NCBI GenBank assembly: GCA_001179505.1
Contig: CDMY01000470.1
Location: forward strand, 6,210 to 70,209
From: Vitrella brassicaformis CCMP3155
Lineage: Eukaryota > Protista > Chromerida
Direction of reading: 5' to 3'
Length of the DNA stretch: 64,000 bases
Shown here piece by piece: positions 1 through 10,022 of the stretch. Every line of letters begins with the position of its first letter. Position 1 is the first letter of the stretch. Made by a program: the position numbers and the translations under genes. The notes below the pieces were generated by a model that searched no databases, had not been told where the DNA came from, and was given only the letters and a program-made list of their open reading frames with translations.

Positions 1-15
1 CCCGTCCTCTTTTCT

Positions 16-157
16 TCATTTTTCGCCGCTGGTTCGGCAGACGATGGCAGCTGGCGCATTCCCTTCCCTACACCCACACCTTATCCATCCATCCATCCAT
101 CCACCATGTGTGCGCCTTTTATGGCGTTTGAACCACCCATGCTCTTTGCTGCCGTAA

Positions 158-192
<35 letters not shown>

Positions 193-749
193 CTTGTGGG
201 TCTTTTTGGTGCCTACATAACATGGGAGATCGCTTCTTCCCTTCCTGTTGCCGCATGGCGTGTGGGAAGGGAACACTGTACGTATGCCGGGGACCATGGT
301 ATGGTGTGAGCGCCTTGAGCGAGCGTCGTGCGCTGAGAGGACGGTTTAAAAAGCTCCACAGGGCGTGTCTGTCCCCCACGCATCATGCGCTCACGCCACG
401 GACACACAGCCAGAGGGAGGGAGGGAAGGAGGGAGTCAAGGCCTCCCACGCCTCCCTGCCTGTCACGGACACACCCAGAGACAAACATCCAGTCAGTCAC
501 ACACACACCACACACACCGTCAAGAAATAGAAAAGGAGGGAGAGACGCAACCACCGCCACCCCCACCACCCCAAGCCCCCACCCCCCGTGACAGCTGCCC
601 GCTGCCTGCCTGGCAGCGTAGAATGCGTCCAACACAACCAACGCAACCAACCAACCAACCGACCTGTCTCTCCGCCCCGGCTGTTGCCCCTGTACGATGC
701 CCCTGTACGAATATCTGACCGTCTGAATGGCTGTCCTGTCTAGGCACTG
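16..749 (-). CDS. Possible small spliced exons (about 722-749, 205-371, 16-68), either 3' exons of the gene at 904-3630 or a separate gene
   Basis: GT/AG-bounded segments join in phase (CLDRTAIQT | TRPVELFK...AISHV | MEGNAP...GEK*). No homology recognised and the upstream donor is ambiguous. Confidence 0.25.
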
Positions 750-903
750 CAACGCAATCACCCCCACGCACCCACACCCCTCACCCGCACCCCTCACCCA
801 CCCTCCTCACGCACACACACCACACACCACACAGGCACAACACGCGCAGTACACACCAGCAAGCCCAGCCCACGGACCACTGCTCTGCTGTCCTTCCTGT
901 CTG

Positions 904-3630
904 TCAAGAAGATCGGTAGTACAAAACACCACCGCCTGCGTACCCCCCGCCCTCACCATCAACACCACCAGCCCCATCACTCCCCTGCCTCTGCCTCTGC
1001 TGCTGTTGCTGTTGCTGATGCACTTGCTGCTGTAGCTGTTCTTGTGGGTAGTGCTGGGGCCCCCAATACCCCGGACCAGCAGCACCAGCTGAGGAGGACG
1101 GATCAGCACCTGCCCCTGGCCCCTCCCTGCCGTCATCTGCTGCTGCAGGTGCTGGAGCCTGCCCCTCCCCTCCCACCCAATGGTGGTGGTGATGATGATG
1201 ATGCCCATGTGCCGTCTGGTCGTGAGCAGCTGACGGACTGGCTACCGACTGCTGAGGAGGGTAGCCAGGCATGAAGGGGTCGTTGGCAACAGCTGCTGCT
1301 GCTGCTGCTGCTGGTGGCGGCATGCCGTTGTGGGCCACTGGCAGCACCCCAAAGGGAGGCATCGGCACCGAACCTGCTGACGGGGGCACAGGTATCTGCT
1401 GCTGCTGCTGCTGGTGGTGCTGCTGGTTCATCTCGCCATGACGAACCTTCGGCGACGCTGACATGTTAGGAATCTGCCGACTTCGGTTTCGGGAGCCCGT
1501 TGCCGAACCACCCCCAGTAGCAGCAGCAGCAGCGCCGTAGTTGTGTGGACTGGAGCTGCCCTGGGACGCCGCCGAGGCCGAAGCGCCGCCAGGTTGCTCC
1601 TGCGCGTCGCTGTCCGACGGAAGGAACGGCGGGCTGCCCTGACCAAACGGCACTCCGACCCCAATCGCGCCGCCGCCGTGTGCCGCAGCGGGATGATACT
1701 GATACTGATACTGCTGCTGGTGTTGGTGTTGGTGTTGGTGATGATGGGGGACGGCAGCTGCGTAGGCACCACCCCATGGATTCATGTGCGCAGCGGGGGG
1801 CTGGAACATGGTGGGAACCATCCGTGGGCTGCCTGCCGCTGCTTGTGGTGCCGGCTGGTCACCCACCCCTCCCGGAACGCCCCAGAATGGCACCGGCGGC
1901 CCGCCGTTTGTCTTGGCGTCTGGGAATCCATCCTGGGCGGGGCTGGCATGCTGCACAGGCCGGTAGGGGTGTGTTGGCGGGGATGCATCGAGTGACGGCG
2001 AGGGAGAGGGCGACGGCGACGCAGGTGCCGCTCCCACCGGCCGATACTGCCCTTGCGGCATCAGGGGCGGCATCCCGTAGTGCCCAGCCGCAGGCGCGAA
2101 CGCTCCCGCCAGAGGATGGAACTGCCCCCCCATCGCCCCCATACCAGCAGCCCCACCGTGGTGCATCGGCATCACGCCGTTCAGCTCCCCAGCCTCGTGC
2201 GCCACCCCCTGCTGTGGCGCCTCGTCGCTGCCATTGCCATTGAGAGCCGCCGCGGCCTTGGGCAGTGGAGGCTGGAGGGGGGGAAGATCTGGAATCGGCG
2301 GCCCATTGGCGTAGGGATGGTGGAAATGGGCGTAGTGCGGGTTGACGGCCTGTCTCATCGCTGGCATCGGTGGCGTGGGCAGCGGCAGGTGCGGGGCGGG
2401 CACGGCAGAGGGGTGTGGAGGGTGGGGATTGGGGTGGGGCGGGGGCGCCACGGCCGAGCGTGACCGAAAGTGCTGCGCGAGGCCGTGCAGCATCTCATAC
2501 TCGAGCGTGTCCTGCGGGCCGTCCCCCGAGCCGTCGACGCCCACAGCCTGTCCACAGGCCGATGACGACTGTCCTCTCCCACCACAGATGAGCGACAGGA
2601 GGTAGTGAGGGTCCCTTTGGCGCTCTCGCTCCTCCTCGGCGTCCTTCTGCCGCTGGGCTGTCAGCTCGTGCTCACGCGCACTCTCGAAGTGCAGGTCGCG
2701 ATTAAGCTCAGCCGTGCGGGCCTTCTCGGCCTCAATCAGCCGGTCGAGCTCTTCCTGCTCGGCCTGGATGCGCGCCTCCTCCTCCCTGACCGCCTCAATC
2801 TCCTTGTCGATACCGTCGACCGCCACGGCGATGTCGCCCCCGGCCCGCTCCTCCCTCTCCTTGTCGTCACGCAGCCGCGCCATCTCGGCCGCGTCGTCCA
2901 GCTCGCGCACCTCCCTCGCCAGCTCGATACTGAGGGCCTCTTGCCGCCATCTTGTCAGATCGTCATGGTCGTGCAGCTTCTGGTTCTCATGCGCGTGGAT
3001 GAGCAGCGCCAGCTCAACCTCCATTGCCGCGACCTCGGCCGTCACAACAGCCAGCCGCGCCCTGTTGCTCTCGTACTCGGCGGCGGGAGGGATGGCTGGC
3101 TCGGGCGACGGGAAGCCTTCATAGCCCTCCCTCTCTGCTGCGGCGGCTGCCGCCGCCGCCTCGTCCTCGACGTCGTCGAGCAGCTGCATCTCCTCGGGGT
3201 CCACTTCTGTCATGATCTCGTCATCCTGATTATTGACGTTGTTGGCAGCTCCACCGTCGCCGCCCTGCTGCTGGTGCTGCTGCTGATGCTGCTGGTGCAG
3301 ACCCTCGTTGTTGACAAGGCAGTTGTCTCCGGGATTGTGGTCGCCGTCACCATCGCCTTGACTGCCATCGCCAGGCTGAGGGAAGGGGTGTGAGGGCATG
3401 TTGTTGTCATTGTCACGATCATTGTCATGATCATGGTCAACGTCGATGTCGAGCATGTCGTCCTCTGTGTTGGGCTGTAGGTGTGGTATGATGCTGTTGT
3501 GTGGGAGGTGGCTCATCATGTGGGGCTGCGGGAGGTGGGGGGTCGTCTGGGTGTTGTGCGTCGGAGTCAGCGTCTGCGCTTCGTTCCCAGTCAACTCTTC
3601 AGCCTCACAACCAAGCGCACCGGTCATCTC
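904..3630 (-). CDS. Hypothetical low-complexity (Q/H/P/A/G-rich) protein with a central acidic coiled coil; one 2.7-kb exon, possibly with further 5' exons
   Basis: Long open frame 904-3780. Acceptor ccacag|GAG ATG at 3630. E/R/A/L heptad-rich block (AEYESNRARLAVV...EEERERQRD). Stop at 904-906. Confidence 0.75.
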   Translation of the reverse strand, partial: EMTGALGCEAEELTGNEAQTLTPTHNTQTTPHLPQPHMMSHLPHNSIIPHLQPNTEDDMLDIDVDHDHDNDRDNDNNMPSHPFPQPGDGSQGDGDGDHNPGDNCLVNNEGLHQQHQQQHQQQGGDGGAANNVNNQDDEIMTEVDPEEMQLLDDVEDEAAAAAAAAEREGYEGFPSPEPAIPPAAEYESNRARLAVVTAEVAAMEVELALLIHAHENQKLHDHDDLTRWRQEALSIELAREVRELDDAAEMARLRDDKEREERAGGDIAVAVDGIDKEIEAVREEEARIQAEQEELDRLIEAEKARTAELNRDLHFESAREHELTAQRQKDAEEERERQRDPHYLLSLICGGRGQSSSACGQAVGVDGSGDGPQDTLEYEMLHGLAQHFRSRSAVAPPPHPNPHPPHPSAVPAPHLPLPTPPMPAMRQAVNPHYAHFHHPYANGPPIPDLPPLQPPLPKAAAALNGNGSDEAPQQGVAHEAGELNGVMPMHHGGAAGMGAMGGQFHPLAGAFAPAAGHYGMPPLMPQGQYRPVGAAPASPSPSPSPSLDASPPTHPYRPVQHASPAQDGFPDAKTNGGPPVPFWGVPGGVGDQPAPQAAAGSPRMVPTMFQPPAAHMNPWGGAYAAAVPHHHQHQHQHQQQYQYQYHPAAAHGGGAIGVGVPFGQGSPPFLPSDSDAQEQPGGASASAASQGSSSPHNYGAAAAATGGGSATGSRNRSRQIPNMSASPKVRHGEMNQQHHQQQQQQIPVPPSAGSVPMPPFGVLPVAHNGMPPPAAAAAAAVANDPFMPGYPPQQSVASPSAAHDQTAHGHHHHHHHHWVGGEGQAPAPAAADDGREGPGAGADPSSSAGAAGPGYWGPQHYPQEQLQQQVHQQQQQQQRQRQGSDGAGGVDGEGGGYAGGGVLYYRSS

Positions 3631-4238
3631 CTGTGGACACACGCACAGAGAGAGAGAGAGAGAGTCAGACAATACAGAAGACACACACACACACACAGGC
3701 AGGGAGGCAGACTGTCTCATGAGCTGTCTATCCCTCAACTGACCTAGCCCATTCCAGCCTGGCGCCAGAACGGACATCACAACTTCTTCTCACACACCCT
3801 GCCTGTCTGCCTGCCTGGGTGTCTGTCTTTCATCGTTCGAGGCTTGTGCGCTACGTGTCTGTGTGCGTGTGTGCGTGGCCTCTTTGCTCACCGCGCGGGG
3901 AGGACGACCCCCACGGAGAAATCCTCTATCCTTCGCGACCCGAAACGCCGAATCTTCAAAGAGCAAGCCCTCACCGCTTGACGATGGTCACGCCATCATG
4001 CACGTGTGATGCACTCACACGTCCGTCTTTCATCGGAACGTCTGCAGCTCGCGCCCAGTTGAGCGAGCTCGCCTTTGTCTTCTTCGGCGTCTTCGGCGTG
4101 GTCTCTTCTTCGACGTGGAAGGGTGTATTGGAGATCTGGGCTTCAGCAGCAAGGGTACAACACAGCAGCCGCTGCATCCCTTGATCCATTCCACTTCAGT
4201 CGCCATCGTGTTCGTCTCCCTCCCGCAGCTGTGTTTTA

Positions 4239-6246
4239 ATGGCGGACAAGAAGGAGAGCGGCTTGGCGTCGGCATCAGGCAAAGGCGGCGGGGCAGGAGT
4301 GCCGTCCAAGACGCAGACGTCGCTCGAGGGGCTTGTGACCGACAAGCAGGTGGTGGTGCATCCCCTGGTGCTGCTCAGCGTGGTGGACCATTACAACAGG
4401 GTCGCCACAGGTGCGATTTGACGAACGTGACAGATGTCGCGCAGGGAAGGGCAAACATCGCCAATGGGGATCTCCGTCTTGTCTGTCTGTCTGTCTGTCT
4501 GTCTGGTGTTGTCCCCCTTGTTTGTTCGTTCCTTCAAGGCACCAACAAGCGTGTGGTGGGTACGTTGCTGGGTGAGCTGCACTCTGACGGCAAGATCCAC
4601 GTGACCAACAGCTATGCGGTGCCGTTTGAGGAGGACCCGCGGGACCCCTCGGTGTGGTTCGTCGACCACAACTACCATGAGAACATGTTCCTCATGTTCA
4701 AGAAGGCAAGGCATCACTCTCACACACACACACACACACACACACAAAACACACTGTTGTCGTATCTATCGCTGTGTGTGTGTGTGTTTAGGTGAATGCG
4801 AAGGAGCGTGTGGTGGGTTGGTACAGCACCGGGCCGAAGATCCGCCCGGCCGACCTCGAGATACACGAGATCTACAGGCGGTACATCTCGCAGCCCGTCT
4901 ACGTCATCGTAGACCCTAAATACAAGGTAGGTTGGTGGGCAAGGCAGACCAGCCGAACCAGCGAGGAGACCAAACCCTCTTTCTGCGCTCTGTGTCTGTG
5001 TGCCTGTGTGTCCGTGTGTGTGTGATTGTGTTCAGGAGGAGCAGCTGCCGACAGACGCGTACATGTCGTTTGAGGAGGCCTCTGCGGACAAAGTCTTCAG
5101 GAGGAAGTTCGTGCACATCCCGTCGACCATCGGTCAGTCACCCTGGACAGACAGGCAGGACACGCTCCACTCCGACGCACTTAGTCAATCCAATCAGCAG
5201 GTCTCAGCTCAGTCTGTCGGTCTGTCGGCTTGTCCGTTCATAATTATGCTCAGACGCGTACGAGGCTGAAGAGGTGGGGGTGGAGCACCTGCTGCGCGAC
5301 ATCAAGAACGCATCCACCTCAACGCTGGCCACACGGGTTTGTGTATGTGTATGTGTGTGGACACACACACCCACAGGCACACACACGCGCGGCGCGGCGC
5401 GGCCGTCTCCGTCGTGTGTGTCTGCCTGCCTGCAGGTTGCCGACAAGTTGTCTTCGCTGAAGGTGATGATCTCCAAGCTCAACGACATCAGCGACTACAT
5501 TCAGGACGTCATCGACGGTATGACACCCACCCCGCCCACTCTCAGTCTCAGTCTCTCTCTCATTCTCTGTGTGTGTGTGTGTGTGTTTGTAGACAAGTTG
5601 CCGGCTAATCCGAAGCTCTTATACAATTTCCAGGACATTTTCAACCTGCTGCCTGACCTCGACAACGAGCAGCTTGTGCAGGCCTTCAGCATCGAGACCA
5701 ACGACATGATGCTCTCGCTATACCTAGGTCAGTCAGTCAGTCAGTCAGCCAGTGGGCAGCCAACTGAACTGCGGCAGGCCAGGCCAGCCAAGACAACTGT
5801 GCATGCCTTACCTTTCCTTGTGTGTGCACACCACACCACACCACACCACTCCTGATATCTGCAGGCTCGGTGATCCGGGCGTCGATGGCTCTGCACAACC
5901 TGATCAACAACAAGGTCGAGAACAAGAGAAAGGCCGAACAGGCTGAACTGGTAGGGGGGCAAACCACACCACACACACACACAAACCCCTCTCTCTCACA
6001 CCGCCACACTCACTGCAATCAATCCATGGTTTTGTGTTGTTCACCCAGGAGAAGGAGAAGAAGAAGAGGGACGCCGAGAAGAAGGAGGCCAAGGACAAGG
6101 AGGGCGCCGAGGGGGAGGCCTCTGGGGCGGGGGGCGGCGAGGAGGACAAGACCAAGATGGAGACGGACGAGGGGGGAGCCGACAACAAAGAGGGCGGGAA
6201 GGGCAACAAGGGCGCGGGAGGGGGAGGGGCAGACAAGAAGGGATAG
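4239..6246 (+). CDS. RPN8: 26S proteasome lid subunit Rpn8/PSMD7 (MPN domain), about 9 exons
   Basis: Spliced exons give [113 protein letters not shown], plus a K/E-rich tail. ATG at 4239, TAG at 6244-6246. Confidence 0.97.
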
Positions 6247-7067
6247 ATGGATGGATGGATGGGGTGTTTTACATTCGTCCACTAAGGTATTGCCATGTTT
6301 GTTTGGATCGATACGACCGCCAGACAGTGGCTGCTGTGCGTGCCTTACTGGTGCTGTGTGGAGACTCAGTGATTGAATCACTCATTGAATGCCGATTCTT
6401 CGCAGTGAGTGTGTACGCCATTTTGTAAAGCCGTGTGTGATCAAGCAGCCTGTCCCACTCACCCACACACACAGGCTATGCGACACACACCAGCATACGA
6501 ACGGGCGAACGAAAGAACAAAGCAGACGACAACAAACCCCATCGTCAGGCAGACCCTCCCCTCTTCTACTCAAGCATTCAATAAGTGCACTCACCAGCCA
6601 GCCAGCCACCGGGCCACTCACTCACTCAGCCCACCACTATGCCACCATTAATAACCGCGTCTTCGAGGTTGATGAGTTGCCCTCCTCCGTCGGGGGGTCG
6701 GGACTCGCTCCGCGTTCCGGCGGCCGCGTCGCGAAATGCATGCAAAGCCCCCAAGCTCGCATGCAAGCCCCCATCGAAGACGGTACCGAATGAAAAAGTC
6801 TCGATGGCCCCAATTACGAACGAACAAACGAACACGAACTTCGGGTAAGAGCGTGCCTCGCTCGCTAAAAGCTCGCGAGTCCCGAAATCGTCGCTGCGCA
6901 GCACACTGCAGAGGGGCATCGACACTGGGTAGCGGACGGCCACCTCCATCTGACGATGTGATTGCGATGTGACGATGTGACGATGTCAGCCCTTGGCGGC
7001 GACAAACCGAAATGGCTCAAGCTTCGTTCATCTTCTTAGCCCGTCAACGAGAGCCTCACGGCGGCAT

Positions 7068-7646
7068 TCAAAACCCGAAATGCTCGTCCACCCACCGCTG
7101 GAAAGTGGCCAGCAGCTCCATCTCGCCACCGGCCTCTAGCTTGACGGCAACACGCGCCCGCTCCTCCCCCTTGACGGAGTCCTCCCCAGCCTCCATTGGC
7201 TCATCCACGGCTTCCCGCTTGAGCTCGGCACACTCCTCCTTCTTGACCGCCCCCTCCACCTTGGCCCTCTTACTACCCGCGCTTTTGCTGGCGCGCCGCT
7301 CTTTGCGGGGCCTCTTGTCGTGCTTGCCGGTGGGTGGATGGTCTGTGGATGGTTGCTGAGAGGCGGCCTTCGCCGCATTGTAGGAAGCGATGAGCGCAGC
7401 GACGACAGGGCAGTGGCCGCCTGACGAGGCAGCGGGACAATCAGGCCTGGCGCAAGTGGGACACCGCTTGCGACGTCCTCCCTCAACAGACGGATGAAAC
7501 AGGGATGGCGGTGAGAAGAGTGGCGATGGGCCGGCGGAAGGGGGTGGACCGCCAGTACCGATGGGTCCGGACGGCGTCGATGGCACCAGCGCCCCATCTC
7601 CAGCGACGGGGGTGCCTGGGGTCATCCGCGGATCACCCCAATCCAT
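7068..7646 (-). CDS. Intronless hypothetical protein (192 aa) with a C-x2-C-x4-C-x7-H-C motif and basic NLS-like segments
   Basis: ATG-started ORF with an in-frame upstream stop. Motif RRKRCPTCARPDCPAASSGGHC. No recognised family. Confidence 0.5.
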   Translation of the reverse strand: MDWGDPRMTPGTPVAGDGALVPSTPSGPIGTGGPPPSAGPSPLFSPPSLFHPSVEGGRRKRCPTCARPDCPAASSGGHCPVVAALIASYNAAKAASQQPSTDHPPTGKHDKRPRKERRASKSAGSKRAKVEGAVKKEECAELKREAVDEPMEAGEDSVKGEERARVAVKLEAGGEMELLATFQRWVDEHFGF

Positions 7647-8149
7647 CGCAAGGAGTGATCAACGGATATGGGGCAGATCCGCCTGACCTGCGAGCCGGCA
7701 AAGGGATCGATATTCTTGCCGTGTATGAGTGGGTGTCCATCTTTGCCCGTTCGTTTGCTCACCGCACTCGTATTGCGTCGACAGATGGCACCACAACAAA
7801 CGGATGGCGCTTCCCGCAGATCGTCAGTGCAACTACGATAAGGATCTCACTCTACAACCGCACAGACACAGATTCGACACTTCAACAGCACCGACACCGA
7901 TGCACGTCGATCGGTGCCAAGCTCGCAAAGCTCGCAAAGGAAGGTGCGTTCTCCAACGCACACAATGCCTTGCGTAGGAGGAGTTTGACTCGCAGACCTC
8001 TCCCAGGCCGGAAAGCTGGGAGGACGTCGCAGAGGCCAAGAGTGAGCTACTGAAGGCAGATCTGCGACACCACCTACAACCAGCAGCGCATCTGCTCGCA
8101 CACACCACTCCGAGAGGGGATCAGCGGGCTGGAGGGCCAGGGTCCAGCG

Positions 8150-9604
8150 ATGAGTGCTGAGGAGGTCGCCGACAACCCTCCCGACGCCAACGGGAAGGAG
8201 GGGGAGAAGAGTGAGGAACCTGCCAGCGGTGAGCTGAGCTCAATCCTCTCCCTCTTCTGCATGTGTGGTGTGAGATGCCTGTGCGCGTGTGTGTGTGCGT
8301 GCAGGCCCTTCTGTGGGTGAGGAGGTGCAGCCATCTGCGACAGAGGAGAACAAGCCAGAAAAGGAGGAGGAAGCAGCAGCAGCAGCTGAGGCAGCACCTG
8401 ACGCAGCGGAGACCAACACGGGCAAGGAGGACAAGGAGGAGAAGGATAACAAGGAGGAGGGTGACACGCCGGCTGCAGACGCTCCGGGTGGTGTTGTTGA
8501 AGACAAGACGACAGAAGACGCTCCTGCCCCTGTTGAGGGCGAGAAGGCCGAGGGAGAGAAGGCAGAGGCAGAGGCAGAGGATGCGCCAGTGGACAAGACG
8601 ACGACAGAAGTAGAGGAGGCGCCCGCTGAGGTGAGAAGGCACCACCCATACATATGTGGCACATTAGTCACTCACTCACTCACGCCATCGGCACGACTTA
8701 CTTGTCTGTCTGCTCAGGGTGAGACGACAGCCGATGCTGCCGCTCCTCAGCCGAGTGAGTCATCCCCCGTCGTGGACAAGGAGGAGACCAGTGCCACCAC
8801 CACCCCATCAGCAGCAGCATCGGCATCAGCGTCCACCAGCCAGCCTCCCCCTCCCCCGCCCCCTCCTCCCCCGCCCCCACCCCCGCCGTCAGACGACGAC
8901 AAGAGAGAGAATGAGGACGACAGCAAGTCGCACGAGGAGGGCTCTTTCCGTGGCGGGAGAGGCCGTGGCGGATACCGAGGCAGGGGCAGGGGCAGGGGAC
9001 GGGGCGGATTCTACAACAGATACAGAGGTAGGTAGGTGACGTGAGCCACACAGGCAGCCAGCCAGCCAGCCAGCTGGATGGATGGATGGATGTTGGTACT
9101 GGTTTGGCCACAGATGATGCTTACAACGGAGGCGGTGAGATGGGCGAGTCGGGCGGCCCTTTGCCGTACTACTTTGGTGCGGACGGGGCGCTTTACACGT
9201 ACCCCCAGCACCCACAGGGCATGGGCGGCGGCATGGGGGTTGGCGGGATGGGCGGCATGGCCCCCAGCCCCTACTACATGCAACAGCAGCAGCAGCCGGC
9301 GCCGCCGATGCCCAACGGGGCGTTTCCATTCTTCACGGGCGTCGACGGAGCTTACAGCGTACGACACACACACACACACGAAGACGGACACAGACACAGT
9401 CAGATCTGGGCAGGGGGTCATGTGCTTGGTTGTTTGTGTGTGTTGCCCTCGTCCTCAGGTTGCGTATCCCTACTTCGATCCGACTACAGGGATGCCAATC
9501 GCCATCCTCGGTAGAACACACACTCACACCAAACCGGCACGTCTAGTCACCTCGCTCTCTGTGTGTATATGTCGATTGGTCAGCCCCCCCTCACGGCCCG
9601 TCAC
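8150..9604 (+). CDS. Acidic, RGG-box and Y/G/Q-rich putative RNA-binding protein; 5' part only, runs into the assembly gap
   Basis: Exons MSAEEVADNPPDANGKEGEK | E/A/K-rich | [26 protein letters not shown] | YYFGADGALY...QQQQQP | VAYPYFDPTTGMPIAIL, separated by GT-AG introns. Confidence 0.7.
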
Positions 9605-9904
9605 NNNNNNNNNNNNNNNNNNNNNNNNNNNNNNNNNNNNNNNNNNNNNNNNNNNNNNNNNNNNNNNNNNNNNNNNNNNNNNNNNNNNNNNNNNNNNNNN
9701 NNNNNNNNNNNNNNNNNNNNNNNNNNNNNNNNNNNNNNNNNNNNNNNNNNNNNNNNNNNNNNNNNNNNNNNNNNNNNNNNNNNNNNNNNNNNNNNNNNNN
9801 NNNNNNNNNNNNNNNNNNNNNNNNNNNNNNNNNNNNNNNNNNNNNNNNNNNNNNNNNNNNNNNNNNNNNNNNNNNNNNNNNNNNNNNNNNNNNNNNNNNN
9901 NNNN
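9605..9904. other. Assembly gap (300 N)
   Basis: Run of N. Confidence 1.
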
Positions 9905-9986
9905 TCATCCGTCGGCGCACAGAGGAACGGCGTCGACGCGAACGGACTCGACTGGCTGCTGCCCTTCGGGGCGCCCTGACAGACCA

Positions 9987-10022
<36 letters not shown>

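Noticed and set aside
1428-3393. Long plus-strand ORFs opposite the 904-3630 gene (e.g. 2605-3393), and similar antisense ORFs at 10382-11173, 13502-14434 and 28795-29706
   Set aside because: These are shadow frames of GC-rich coding sequence. They have no splice or motif support, and the opposite strand has the clear coding signal.
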